Source of the DNA: Nitrospinaceae bacterium
Lineage (GTDB): Bacteria > Nitrospinota > Nitrospinia > Nitrospinales > VA-1
Length of the DNA: 39,701 nt
NCBI GenBank assembly: GCA_029261435.1
Contig: JAJDBI010000027.1
Coordinates: 1 to 39,701 of the forward strand
Reading direction: 5' to 3'
Shown here: in pieces, positions 14,819-25,051 of the stretch
Numbering within the stretch: the stretch's first letter is position 1
Layout of the letters: each line of letters begins with the position of its first letter
The notes under the pieces: model-generated
Told to the model about the DNA's origin: nothing
The model's database searches: none
What the model saw: the letters and a program-made list of their open reading frames with translations, nothing else
Position numbers and translations under genes: made by a program

Positions 14819-15442
14819 CTAGCGGTGGTTTTTGTAGAGTTGGTGGCTCAGGAGCTTGCTGTTTTTGTCGAAGATATGTGCCGCGATCAATATGTTTTCT
14901 TTAAGGGCAAAATACATTCCCTTTCCCGGATATTTGGCCAGGCTTTCAGTCATCGATTGAGGCACTCCATACTTGTCAATCATGGTTGAAACCTTTGCAC
15001 CCATTTTGACACCTTCCGTAAAACGGCCTTGAAACTGAGGGCGGACTTCCAAAGCTTCGATTTTACCCTTGCCATTCAAGAAATGTATGACGATTCCATG
15101 GCTGGCATAGTCAATAGAAAGACTATCGAGTGTCGATTCCGTTCCACGCTTGACCTTGATGGCGCGAGGTGTGCCAAGCAATTTAATCGCCTCTTCCAAA
15201 GACATTCCTATTTTGAGATTTTTTCCAATAACCAGTCCTTCCGGTTCTTTCTTCTCGACCTTGACTGGGGCTTTTTTAGCATTTTTTTCAACAGCAACCT
15301 CAGGCTTAACAACTGGCTCTTTAGCAATTTCCGCCTTCGCAATGGTAGTAGGTTTAGCAGCTGGATTTTCAGTTGGCTTCGTGTCTGCCAGCACCACTGT
15401 GGGGAGCATCAAACATAAAATAAATGAAACTAAAATATTCAC
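14819..15442 (-). CDS. secreted hypothetical protein with a Lys/Pro/Glu-rich linker
   Basis: GTG start 6 nt after AGGAG. Signal peptide MNILVSFILCLMLPTVVLA, then low-complexity KPTENPAAKPTTIAKAEIAKEPVVKPEVAVEKNAKKAPVKVEKKEPEG, then a ~130-aa globular part with no motif I recognise. Confidence 0.6.
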   Translation of the reverse strand: MNILVSFILCLMLPTVVLADTKPTENPAAKPTTIAKAEIAKEPVVKPEVAVEKNAKKAPVKVEKKEPEGLVIGKNLKIGMSLEEAIKLLGTPRAIKVKRGTESTLDSLSIDYASHGIVIHFLNGKGKIEALEVRPQFQGRFTEGVKMGAKVSTMIDKYGVPQSMTESLAKYPGKGMYFALKENILIAAHIFDKNSKLLSHQLYKNHR

Positions 15443-15624
15443 CGGTATCTCCTTCCAAAATCAAAAGGCCCTTGATAACGATCCAATGGCTAATGGGATG
15501 CTTTTATTGTAACCCTAAACGCAAAAAAATTAAACACTTAGTTTCAATGATTTAAGGGGTCACCGACCGGCAAGGAAGAGCGGGAAGGGGTTTGTTTTTC
15601 CGTCAGTTTATCACCCAGAAACAG

Positions 15625-16941
15625 CTAAAGATCATCCAGAGATGGAATATTTTTACGGCGGTCCCGTTTTGATTTGGTCTTTTCTTTCTGAAATTGTCTC
15701 CATTGAGCTCTGTCCTCTTTCGAAGGGATAATAGACTCGTCCTCTTCTTCATCCCAGAGGTCTGATGATTTTAGCTGAACCCCTTTTTTCGTTCCTTTCG
15801 GCAAACTACGTTTGCCTTCTTCAAACTCCTTGGCAGTGAGTCCCGCTTCCATATTGAATAAATCTTTTTGTTCTTTTTTACCCCGCCGAACCGACAAAGC
15901 CTCTGCTCGCAATCGGATTTCTTTTGCGTTGACCAATCCGCTTTTCCAGGAAGCGGGGATATTATCGAATCCATACAATGCTCCAGCCCAGGCTCCCACC
16001 AAAGCACCCAGTATTTCCGTTTCCCGCCCATGACTCAGGGAATGCGTGAGTGTAGAGGCAAAATTCGGTTCGGATGGATGTAGCACGCAATATAAAGCCA
16101 GAGGGAGCAAGTTCATCACAAACCCTTGTGAAGGGTGATGAATTTCCAATTTGGTGAAAGAATTAGAATATTCGCAGAGCCATTGCAGGACATCCGGTTC
16201 GTAAAATTTTCCAGCTAAACCTTTCAAGGCACCGCTCATAGCGTCCGCACCCTTAAGACCGCCATCCACCGATGACGGAAATCTTTGCTGATATTCCACT
16301 TCCGTCTGACAACATATTTCTATCGCTTCCTGTAAAATATCCAAGGGTGCCAGAGAGTTCTCTTCCGAATCCAGCGCTAAAAACCGGGTCACTAAAAATC
16401 CGGTTAATACGGTTCCCACAACTTCAAACCGGTTCTGACTCATCAACAGGCAAACATCAAAACATTGCCCGGCTAAAGTTTTAGACCATTTTCCCTGGAA
16501 CAAAGCCAAGGGAACGGCCAGGTTGACAAACAGGGACGTTGACGAGTTCTGTACTGAGACCTGTTCCTCCTGGCCTTCTAACAAGTCCACTGCTCGCCAC
16601 AAGCAGGCCGAGTGGTTGCGGTAAATTCCGAAATAACCTTCTGGCCCGGATTTCGCAAGTTCCTGAAAATTTTTGACCGATTTTTGAAGAAACTGTTTTT
16701 TGTTTTCAAGCAAGGCATCGCCCACCGCCAGAGCGCATTGGGTAGGAGCCCCATACAGACCTTGCATGCGGTAATTTTTAATTCCCTTTCCCATGATCGG
16801 ACGCACATCCTTGAATTCATCCATCGCTCCAAAAATCTGCCGGACGGCAGCGGACTTCAATCCCTTCGCAGGCCGACCCATGGCATCACCAACTGCCATG
16901 CCAAAAAAACTGCCTATTACTTTATCTCGAATATCATTCAT
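15625..16941 (-). CDS. ADP-ribosylglycohydrolase family protein with a charged C-terminal tail
   Basis: The N-terminal IGSFFGMAVGDAMGRP is the family-defining metal-site motif. The later GALVGAWAGALYGFDNIPASW is typical of the C-terminal core. Confidence 0.75.
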   Translation of the reverse strand: MNDIRDKVIGSFFGMAVGDAMGRPAKGLKSAAVRQIFGAMDEFKDVRPIMGKGIKNYRMQGLYGAPTQCALAVGDALLENKKQFLQKSVKNFQELAKSGPEGYFGIYRNHSACLWRAVDLLEGQEEQVSVQNSSTSLFVNLAVPLALFQGKWSKTLAGQCFDVCLLMSQNRFEVVGTVLTGFLVTRFLALDSEENSLAPLDILQEAIEICCQTEVEYQQRFPSSVDGGLKGADAMSGALKGLAGKFYEPDVLQWLCEYSNSFTKLEIHHPSQGFVMNLLPLALYCVLHPSEPNFASTLTHSLSHGRETEILGALVGAWAGALYGFDNIPASWKSGLVNAKEIRLRAEALSVRRGKKEQKDLFNMEAGLTAKEFEEGKRSLPKGTKKGVQLKSSDLWDEEEDESIIPSKEDRAQWRQFQKEKTKSKRDRRKNIPSLDDL

Positions 16942-17029
16942 GAATTACCTTATCAGGAGGGAAATATTTTCTTGACCTTTTCGGCGGTCGCGAAGCGTCA
17001 CCGCCCCACTGCCACCGGTGGCTCGCTGG

Positions 17030-17794
17030 CTATAACGCCATTAACGGGGTGGGGTGATTTTGTTCGGCGATAATCATTTCGGGGGTGTCCTGTCCCAAAG
17101 CCTGACGAGCTGTGATCCGAGCCAGTTCTGGATGATTATTGGTTTCGCTCATATGCATCAACACGACCAGCCGCAATCCTGAATGTGTGACCGATGATAA
17201 TAATTCGCCACAGGCTTCATTGGAGAGATGCCCGACATCGCTTTTAATTCTTCTCTTGGTAACCCAGGGATATGGTCCGGCGTCCAACATGTTCACATCG
17301 TGATTAGCCTCGATGAGCAGGACATCCAGTTTCTGCAGTTTATTTTTGACCTCTGACGTCACTTGCCCCAAATCTGTGGCAAGGCCCAGGCGCAATCCCC
17401 TATAATGGATGACAAAAGCCACCGATTCTTCTGCATCATGAGGAGTGGAGTAAGGCTCCACCACCAACTCACCAAATCGAACAGGCTCATCAGCACGGAT
17501 GGTGTTGAAGCCTGGAAGCGTTCCCATAGATTGACCGGCTCGTCTATAAGTTCCCTCAGTCGTGAAAAGCTGAAGTTGATGTTTCCTTAAAAGCGGACCG
17601 ATACCGCGAATGTGGTCAGAATGCTCATGCGTAGCAAACACCGCATCCAATCCACTGAACGATCGGTCAATATGAGCCATGCGTTGAGAAAGTTTTTTTT
17701 CGCTCAGTCCGGCATCAATCAAAATACGCTTTCCATCCGCCTCAATATAAAGGGCGTTTCCCCCACTACCGCTGGATAATATAGAAAATTTCAA
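17030..17794 (-). CDS. MBL-fold metallo-hydrolase (YycJ/PhnP-like)
   Basis: KFSILSSGSGGNALYIEADGKRILIDAGLS ... THEHSDHIRG (HxHxDH motif). The start codon is TTG (17794..17792) with no obvious SD. Confidence 0.8.
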   Translation of the reverse strand: MKFSILSSGSGGNALYIEADGKRILIDAGLSEKKLSQRMAHIDRSFSGLDAVFATHEHSDHIRGIGPLLRKHQLQLFTTEGTYRRAGQSMGTLPGFNTIRADEPVRFGELVVEPYSTPHDAEESVAFVIHYRGLRLGLATDLGQVTSEVKNKLQKLDVLLIEANHDVNMLDAGPYPWVTKRRIKSDVGHLSNEACGELLSSVTHSGLRLVVLMHMSETNNHPELARITARQALGQDTPEMIIAEQNHPTPLMAL

Positions 17795-18101
17795 GCGCGA
17801 AGACTCGGACTGCGCAGTATTATTGTTTGGCTGTACTTCTGGAATTTGGATGATAACTTTTCTCCGTGAAAGCGAGAGAGGCCTCCGACAGGTCTATCAA
17901 CTCACGCTTGGACAAGGGTCGTTACATTTCTGGATTCAGGGCTTTTCTCCGTGGCAATCAAACTTCTGCTTAATGCACAAAGAACTACAGCAATACTGCA
18001 GGCAGTGGCTACAAAATGAGTAGCGGCTGGTGGTAGGAATACTAACATAGAAACTGTTAATCAATAATCATGAATCTATTGAAATTTTGGAATTCGTTTT
18101 T

Positions 18102-19589
18102 TCAATCCTCTATCTGGGCTTTTTGCAGAGCACCACTGTAATCGACAAACACCGATTTCCATTCAGTAAAAATTTCCAGTGCTGTGGTCCCGGCTTCGCG
18201 GTGACCGTTACCGGTTCCCTTGGTCCCTCCAAATGGGAGTTGCACTTCCGCCCCTATGGTTGAAGAGTTGATATAGGTAAGACCCGTATCGAGTTTTTCG
18301 ATAGCTTTAAAAGCCCGGTTCACATCCCGTGTATAAATAGCCGACGACAAGCCAAACCTGGAATCGTTGACGATTTCCACTGCGTTCTCCAGACTCTTAC
18401 ATTCCAGTATGCTCAACACCGGGCCGAATATTTCTTCCTGCGCAATACGCATCTTTGGAGACACCCCTGCAAACAACGTTGGCTCAAAGAAGAACCCACC
18501 CCGACAATGTCCCTTTTTATAAACATTGCCACCAAGAAGCAGCTTAGCGCCTTCTTCCACACCCAGCTTGCAGTAACTCAAAACCTTTTGGCGTTGTGCC
18601 TCGTTGATCAATGGCCCAACATCAGTGGTATTTTTGAGCCCGTCTCCCAGACGAAGGGTTTTAGTACGTTTGAGGAGGCGACTGGTAAATTTTTTCAGAA
18701 CTTTCTTATGCACGATGACACGACTACAAGCCGTGCACCGCTGCCCGGTCGTTCCAAAAGCTCCCCAAATCACACCTTCTACAGCAAGATCAAGATCGGC
18801 ATCGTCCATCACGATGATGGCATTTTTCCCACCCATCTCCAGAGAATATTGTTTCATGTTCCATGCACATTTATGTGCCACCACCGCTCCCGTATCTGTC
18901 GAACCCGTGAAAGAAACCAGATTGATATTGTGATGCTCTATGAGAGGTTCGCCGATTTCTGTTCCAGAGCCGGTGACAAAATTTAACACTCCCGGTGGCA
19001 AGCCCGCCTCTTCGAAGAGCTTCACAAAACGATACGCCGAAAGAGGGGTATCACTAGCTGGCTTGAACACTACGGTATTACCACAAACCAAGGCAGGAAT
19101 CAGTTTCCAGGATGGAATGGCAATGGGAAAATTCCAGGGAGTGATCGCCGCCACCACTCCTACCGGCATTCGAACAGTCATGCAAAACTTGCTATTCAAT
19201 TCAGAGGGAACCGTTTCACCCAGCAGTCGTCTGCCCTCCCCCGCTGTATAATAGGTCAGGTCAATCGCCTCCTGAACATCGCCACGGGTTTCGTTGAGAA
19301 CTTTCCCCATTTCACGAGTCATATCCTTTGCCAGCGATTCTTTATGTTTGACCAGTAACTCTCCGACTCGGAAAAGAATTTCACCTCGCTTGGGTGCGGG
19401 GAGGTTTCTCCACTCGCCCTGAGCCTTAACCGCTGATTTCACTGCCTTGTTCAGATCATTCGCATTGGACTTCTGAAAACGTCCGAGAATTTCTTTGTGG
19501 TTGGCGGGGTTGATGTTGTCGAAGGTCTCACCGCTGGAAGAAGCTACCCATTTCCCATCTATAAAGTTTTTATAGGTTTTGATCGCCAT
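18102..19589 (-). CDS. NAD(P)-dependent aldehyde dehydrogenase
   Basis: [15 protein letters not shown], the catalytic LEMGGKN glutamate motif and [10 protein letters not shown] cysteine motif. GGAGG lies 9 nt upstream of the ATG. Confidence 0.9.
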   Translation of the reverse strand: MAIKTYKNFIDGKWVASSSGETFDNINPANHKEILGRFQKSNANDLNKAVKSAVKAQGEWRNLPAPKRGEILFRVGELLVKHKESLAKDMTREMGKVLNETRGDVQEAIDLTYYTAGEGRRLLGETVPSELNSKFCMTVRMPVGVVAAITPWNFPIAIPSWKLIPALVCGNTVVFKPASDTPLSAYRFVKLFEEAGLPPGVLNFVTGSGTEIGEPLIEHHNINLVSFTGSTDTGAVVAHKCAWNMKQYSLEMGGKNAIIVMDDADLDLAVEGVIWGAFGTTGQRCTACSRVIVHKKVLKKFTSRLLKRTKTLRLGDGLKNTTDVGPLINEAQRQKVLSYCKLGVEEGAKLLLGGNVYKKGHCRGGFFFEPTLFAGVSPKMRIAQEEIFGPVLSILECKSLENAVEIVNDSRFGLSSAIYTRDVNRAFKAIEKLDTGLTYINSSTIGAEVQLPFGGTKGTGNGHREAGTTALEIFTEWKSVFVDYSGALQKAQIED

Positions 19590-19792
19590 GGTCGGATCCT
19601 CCCAGGAGTTGCAGAAAAATTAAAAAGAGCAGGACTATCTACATCGCCTGCCATTATCAATTTAATCCCGTAGGCCGGGATTGGCAAGGAGGCTGAGTGA
19701 AAAGGGACTGATTTCCAAAGTGAATCCATATCCTTCCGAAACTAAAAAGACATAGTATTTTTATACTTTTTCACACTTTATAAAACCAGGAA

Positions 19793-20467
19793 TTATTCTT
19801 TTTTCTCGAGGACAGCTTTTATATTTTCCAAAAACTGTTTTTTCTGTTCAGCATCCGCTTTCAATCGCTTTAATATCAGCGCGGTTCTTTTCCGAACAGT
19901 GTACTTGGAAGGACGCACCAGTTTTCTTGTTTCTTCATCTTCGGCAATGCTTGCTTTTAAAAACTCTGAAATACTTTGGAACAAAGGAAGGTCGTGCAGG
20001 CTGACTTGCTCAAGTAGAGACTTCCTGGAGGGGATATTGCTGGCAATTTCTGCCTTTAGAACGCCAAATTTTTGCCGGCTGGGAGGAGTTGTATAATATT
20101 TTTCGTATCGAGGAATAGATCCTTCAAAAGCAGCCGCTATGGCCCTCGCAACAGAACGTTGAGCCTCTGTCAAACCTTCCTTTTCATCGTCTGCCTTTTT
20201 TTCATTTTCAATATCATCTTTTTTACCTGGAATATCACCCTCATCAACTGCAGGTTTCTTATCTTTAGACTCTGAGGTTTTGTTTTTTGAGAAACCTTTT
20301 AAAAAAGGTTTCTTTCGAAATGCTTCAGGAACCCTGGTAGGATCATCGGTAAAATGGGTTTTTCCGTTTTCGTCTATCCACTTGTAAATAGCAGCATCGG
20401 CATCTGCAACCCATATCAATGCAAAAAAAAGGACTATTGATTTTAAAATTGTTTGTCTGGATAACAT
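19793..20467 (-). CDS. DUF4124-domain secreted protein
   Basis: Signal peptide, then IYKWIDENGKTHFTDDP, the hallmark of the DUF4124 N-terminal domain. The middle is a charged low-complexity region. Confidence 0.65.
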   Translation of the reverse strand: MLSRQTILKSIVLFFALIWVADADAAIYKWIDENGKTHFTDDPTRVPEAFRKKPFLKGFSKNKTSESKDKKPAVDEGDIPGKKDDIENEKKADDEKEGLTEAQRSVARAIAAAFEGSIPRYEKYYTTPPSRQKFGVLKAEIASNIPSRKSLLEQVSLHDLPLFQSISEFLKASIAEDEETRKLVRPSKYTVRKRTALILKRLKADAEQKKQFLENIKAVLEKKE

Positions 20468-20488
20468 ACGTTAACCCCGAAAACCGAT

Positions 20489-21559
20489 TCAAAGTACTTT
20501 TAAGATTTCCGTTTCCATTATTTGGTCTGCGATTTCTATAGAGCCGATTTCAGTGACCAGAATAAACTTGATTTTTCGGTCCATGGTTTTTTTGTCGTGA
20601 TACAAAGATTCAATCACAGCTGAGGAATCCAATTCAGGCATATCTACTGGAAGTCCCAGGTTTTTCAACAGGGCCTTCAGACGCCTGGGTGTCTCATCCG
20701 AACATTTCCCTAATGAATGAGACAAAAGTGCGGCACACACCATGCCAATTGAGACAGCCTCTCCATGAATAAACCGGGAATATTTCGTCAACGATTCAAT
20801 AGCGTGACCAATGGTATGGCCAAAGTTGAGAATCATGCGGTAATGACTTTCCCTTTCATCCTTTTCAACCACCCTTGCTTTTATGGAACAGGATGTCTCA
20901 ATGATATGAGAAAGGCATTCATAGTCGAGATTGAGAATTTTCCTATAGTGGGCTTCTAAATAATCGAAAAGGCCTGCATCAGAGATGACGCCATACTTCA
21001 CAATCTCCGCCAGTCCCGCACGATATTCTTTTTGAGGAAGAGTTTTTAGAGTTTCCAAATCTGCCACTACCAGGCGTGGCTGGTAAAAGGCCCCAATCAT
21101 ATTTTTTCCCTTGGGATGATTGACCGCAGTTTTCCCTCCGACACTACTGTCGACTTGAGAAAGCAAAGTTGTTGGCACTTGTATGAATGGAATTCCTCTC
21201 TGGTAAGTTGCTGCGATAAAGCCTACCAAGTCACCAATCACTCCGCCACCTAAAGCAACCAGAACAGATTTCCTGTCGCAATTCAATTCCAACAGGTGGT
21301 CGTATATTTTTTCAGCCTGCCCCAGGTTCTTCGAAGATTCACCTTCAGGGACTTCAAAAATATCGGTGGTCCACCCTTGAGCAATAAACCCCTCTGCCAC
21401 CTCTTTCCCGTATAGATCGTTGATCGAGGGATGAGTGATTATCACAATCCGACTGGGGTTTAAGACGTCCTTAAGGAACTCTCCGGCCCGCGCTCTAAGG
21501 CCTGAACCTATAAGTATGTCATAACTTCTGTCACCCAAGTCAATGCTTAAGCGTTGCAT
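20489..21559 (-). CDS. aroB: 3-dehydroquinate synthase
   Basis: LGGGVIGDLVGFIAATYQRGIPFIQVPTTLLSQVDSSVGGKTAVNHP and NFGHTIGHAIE. It lies downstream of pilQ, the classical pilMNOPQ-aro synteny, although no aroK is present. Confidence 0.9.
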   Translation of the reverse strand: MQRLSIDLGDRSYDILIGSGLRARAGEFLKDVLNPSRIVIITHPSINDLYGKEVAEGFIAQGWTTDIFEVPEGESSKNLGQAEKIYDHLLELNCDRKSVLVALGGGVIGDLVGFIAATYQRGIPFIQVPTTLLSQVDSSVGGKTAVNHPKGKNMIGAFYQPRLVVADLETLKTLPQKEYRAGLAEIVKYGVISDAGLFDYLEAHYRKILNLDYECLSHIIETSCSIKARVVEKDERESHYRMILNFGHTIGHAIESLTKYSRFIHGEAVSIGMVCAALLSHSLGKCSDETPRRLKALLKNLGLPVDMPELDSSAVIESLYHDKKTMDRKIKFILVTEIGSIEIADQIMETEILKVL

Positions 21560-21639
21560 AGCATTATTATGTCTTTAAGTAAGAGGTTTCTACGTGCGTG
21601 AAATACGCCAGCTTTATTCAAACAGTTCTCAGCACCAGT

Positions 21640-23544
21640 TCATTTTGTACTAATTATGGTGGGAGTGATAAATACCATGAGCTCAGAGATCAAATCGGCA
21701 TCATTATAACTTTTAAATAAAAGTCCCAATAGGGGTATTTTAGAGAAAAATGGGACCGCCTCTGTGTTCTCACTTTTGCTGCTTTTATAGATACCACCTA
21801 GAACAGTGGTGTCTCCATTCCCCACTAAAACTTCCGTATGCGTTTCACTGGTCGTTATGACTGGGACCGATTGAATTCTTGTTCCACTGTCTTTATTATT
21901 AGTGGTATCGATGGTCAAATAAATATTCTCATCAGAGGTTACATGAGGAGTGACCCTGAGACTGAGTTCTGCATCGATAAACTGGATGGAGTTACCCTCG
22001 GCTGAATTAACCTGATAAGGTATAGTTTCTCCGCTTTCAATCCTGGCTTCCTTATTATCTGCGACTATGACTCTGGGGGAAGCGAGCACTCTTGCTTTAT
22101 TTTCCGTCTCCAAAGCTTCCAGTTGGATGTCCAAACGCATCCCTGGGATCAAATCTGCCATCAAAAGACCGATTCCGGCATTACTTCCAGCGCTGGATTT
22201 TGTGGAGTCCGCTAAATCCACCAGGAAATTGGAAGTCGAGTTGGTCGTTGATGAAATTAATGCAGAACTGGGATTGCTGATAATAGCATCACCCGTAAAA
22301 CCCCATTGTACTCCCAATTGCTGGCTGAAATTTTTTGTGATATCAACAAGCTTTGCTTCAATCAAAACCTGGGGTGTGGGAACATCCAAAACCCTCACGG
22401 TCGCAAGCATGTCATCCACATGCTCACGTAGATCATTCAAAATTAATGTATTAGTACGAGTGTCCACAGTGATTTGAGCCTCTGGGCGGGCACTCTTTAA
22501 GGCAGTAAGGCTCGTTGAAAGTTCGGTAATATCTGCATTGTCAATACGAACCACTTCAGTGACCAGGTCTTGTGCATTGCGCTCATTGATTCTGTCGCTC
22601 ACAGCGCGGGCTTTTTCAGAAACTCTAGCACTGTCCTCAGCCTGAAGAACTGCTTTGCTAACAATGCGGACAATATTGGTCCCGAAACATTCCCGTCCCA
22701 GACTACTGTTAGTGAGAATAATTTCCATGGCCTCATTCCAGGCCACATCCATCATTCTGATATTTACGGAACCCCCTACTTCAGGGGAGAGAATGACATT
22801 GAATCCACTGATCTCCGCAAATATTCTAAACAGGTTGCGGACATCAGCATTTTGAAAATCCAGGGAAACCGCTTCTTTCTTTCCATATAACATAGGATAA
22901 CAAGAATCTTTAGCGACATCATACTCATCCATCTTTTCTTTATCTATGGTGGCTGACACATCAGTTTCCTTAGCAACCTCCTTCACAGGCTGTGGCTGAG
23001 CCACTTCCTGCTTCACTTCCTTCTCTGAAGATTGTAGATGAATAGTGAGTATATTTTTCCCCGGTTTTTTAATCTCATAATCTGCTGATTGATTGAGAAC
23101 GATTTCCAGGCGCAATACACCCGCTTCTTTAAAGTGGATAGGGCGAATGAAATTCACAATTCCTTTATCAACCTGAACGCGGCTTGTCAGATTACCTTGA
23201 TTCATTTTCGGAAAATCCAAAACCAGCCTGAGCGGATTCAGAAGTTTAAAAGCAGTGTATTGAACAGGTCGATTAGATTCGATAGAAACAATAGAGCCTT
23301 GTCCATCTTCTATTGTATTGAGGGAGACAATTTCTCCTAAGGACATATTGCTTGAGTCCTCGCTCTGGTTTTGAGCCAATAACATTAATGGAACTGTATT
23401 TTTTCTCTCACGAGCTATATCCGGCAAAGGCTCCTGGTGATAGTCTCCCAGAAGGACCGCGGAATGTGCAGGCCAGGCAGTAAGAAATAACAAAAGAAAA
23501 GTTATCATTGAGTAATGGGATTTTTTGAACATTTGTTTTCTCAT
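21640..23544 (-). CDS. pilQ: type IV pilus secretin PilQ
   Basis: Signal peptide. One AMIN-like domain (VQYTAFKLLNPLRLVLDFP). C-terminal secretin core (VLASPRVIVADNKEARIESGETIPY ... TTVLGGIYKSSKSENTEAVPFFSKIPLLGLLFK). Confidence 0.9.
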   Translation of the reverse strand: MRKQMFKKSHYSMITFLLLFLTAWPAHSAVLLGDYHQEPLPDIARERKNTVPLMLLAQNQSEDSSNMSLGEIVSLNTIEDGQGSIVSIESNRPVQYTAFKLLNPLRLVLDFPKMNQGNLTSRVQVDKGIVNFIRPIHFKEAGVLRLEIVLNQSADYEIKKPGKNILTIHLQSSEKEVKQEVAQPQPVKEVAKETDVSATIDKEKMDEYDVAKDSCYPMLYGKKEAVSLDFQNADVRNLFRIFAEISGFNVILSPEVGGSVNIRMMDVAWNEAMEIILTNSSLGRECFGTNIVRIVSKAVLQAEDSARVSEKARAVSDRINERNAQDLVTEVVRIDNADITELSTSLTALKSARPEAQITVDTRTNTLILNDLREHVDDMLATVRVLDVPTPQVLIEAKLVDITKNFSQQLGVQWGFTGDAIISNPSSALISSTTNSTSNFLVDLADSTKSSAGSNAGIGLLMADLIPGMRLDIQLEALETENKARVLASPRVIVADNKEARIESGETIPYQVNSAEGNSIQFIDAELSLRVTPHVTSDENIYLTIDTTNNKDSGTRIQSVPVITTSETHTEVLVGNGDTTVLGGIYKSSKSENTEAVPFFSKIPLLGLLFKSYNDADLISELMVFITPTIISTK

Positions 23545-25025
23545 GAGTTCGTATTACCCTCGCTAGGTGTGCTCTCTGAAAATTGGATAATTTTTTGGTT
23601 CTTCAGGATATTACCCAGGTAATCCCTGAACTCTTCAATCACGATTACCTGATCCCTCTCTATTTCTTCCACATACCCGAAGAAAGGACCAATCCTATCG
23701 CCTTTTTTCACCGCATATCCGGTAGTTTCGATCTCAAACATAGCCACCGCTTCCATTTTTTTCTTGATAATTCCCGTCATTCGAAGAGAGTTATAATCAA
23801 CCTGCAGTGGCGACTCATCCATTTGGATTTCAGAAGACCTCTCCAGCGCATAGCGATAATCCTCTAAAGCCTGAGCATATTCATCATCTTCCAGATCTTC
23901 TAATTTTTCCTGATCATTGAATAAGAACTCAAAATATTTCAATTTCTTATAAAGCTTTGGATACCGATCTTCAATTTCCACAAAAACTGGCAAGGCAACT
24001 GGCGGAATATCTTTTAACTCGCCGCCAAACAATCGGGCATCAGACATACTCCGCATGTCTTCAGCGAGTTCAATCAGCCCCTTATTATTCACCAGAGGTC
24101 GGAAAGGATCTCGCTTTCCAATCAACATATAGCGTTGCCCAGGTGGAACCATGCCTTTCAACAAAGGATACTCTGGTCCGCCGGAGTCAATTTCATTTAA
24201 CAATTCGACCTGAATCAGACTCGCTTTATATAAAGCTTTCTTAATCCCTTTCTTAAAACCTTTTAACACCGTCTGGTTGAACCACTGACCGGACTCGGAA
24301 TTTAAAAACTGGGCATACTCCTCAATATCTTTGTCTTTAAGATTTCTATAACTAAAAAGCAGACTGCGCAAAATAACTTCTCGCATGGGTTCAGTAATAT
24401 TTTTCTCAAATTTTCTCAGCTCTCTACTCAGCGTCTTCCCTTCAAAATTTTTATTGAAGGGCTGCATCAATTTGACGTATCCCAAAAAAAGTTTTTTTCC
24501 CGCCTCCGCCACATGAGAGGAGCGCTCAATACTCTCTACCAGCCTGATTCGCTTCTCATCTGGAGGAGAGCTCAATAATTTTTTCACAAATACTTCTATC
24601 GCTAACCGACTATCTGGATCATTCGCCTTACTCTCAAGCTTTAATATTTTTTTTCCCAATGCGCTTCGATACCATTGAACCGCCGAGCGAACATATTGTG
24701 GTTTGTAATCTTTATTAAACGGTTGCCTCAACTCATAGTAAAATTTGCCAGAGGAATAAGCTTGATGCATTATTCTTCGGGCAAATTCACCCTGCCCTGG
24801 TGCCAAAGCATCCTCATTAATATTGCTCGAAATTTGAACAATAGATTCGATATTGCTTAAAGTATCTCTAAGCCCACTGTATCTAAACAAGGTATTGAGC
24901 TTATAATTTCGAGAACGCAGGTCTTCCTGAACAGAAGGAGTCATCGCGGAAGCAAAAACAGGCTGGACCCCTGCCAAAACTATCCATAGGGTAAATAAAA
25001 TTTTCATACAAAACCTATTTCTCAT
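23541..25025 (-). CDS. extended PilP-like protein (494 aa) in the pilP position
   Basis: ATGA overlap with pilQ. Cleavable signal peptide (no lipobox). A DPFRP motif at residues 306-310. The C-terminal LQVDYNSLRMTGIIKKKMEAVAMFEIETTGYAVKKGDRIGPFFGYVEEIERDQVIVIEE fits the PilP beta-domain pattern. The N-terminal ~300 aa is unassigned. Confidence 0.6.
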   Translation of the reverse strand: MRNRFCMKILFTLWIVLAGVQPVFASAMTPSVQEDLRSRNYKLNTLFRYSGLRDTLSNIESIVQISSNINEDALAPGQGEFARRIMHQAYSSGKFYYELRQPFNKDYKPQYVRSAVQWYRSALGKKILKLESKANDPDSRLAIEVFVKKLLSSPPDEKRIRLVESIERSSHVAEAGKKLFLGYVKLMQPFNKNFEGKTLSRELRKFEKNITEPMREVILRSLLFSYRNLKDKDIEEYAQFLNSESGQWFNQTVLKGFKKGIKKALYKASLIQVELLNEIDSGGPEYPLLKGMVPPGQRYMLIGKRDPFRPLVNNKGLIELAEDMRSMSDARLFGGELKDIPPVALPVFVEIEDRYPKLYKKLKYFEFLFNDQEKLEDLEDDEYAQALEDYRYALERSSEIQMDESPLQVDYNSLRMTGIIKKKMEAVAMFEIETTGYAVKKGDRIGPFFGYVEEIERDQVIVIEEFRDYLGNILKNQKIIQFSESTPSEGNTNS

Positions 25026-25051
25026 CTTTAAATATCATCCTCAGAAAGACC

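Noticed and set aside
18507-19251. Three + strand ORFs (159, 109 and 103 aa)
   Set aside because: All three lie antisense within the aldehyde dehydrogenase gene and have no motifs.
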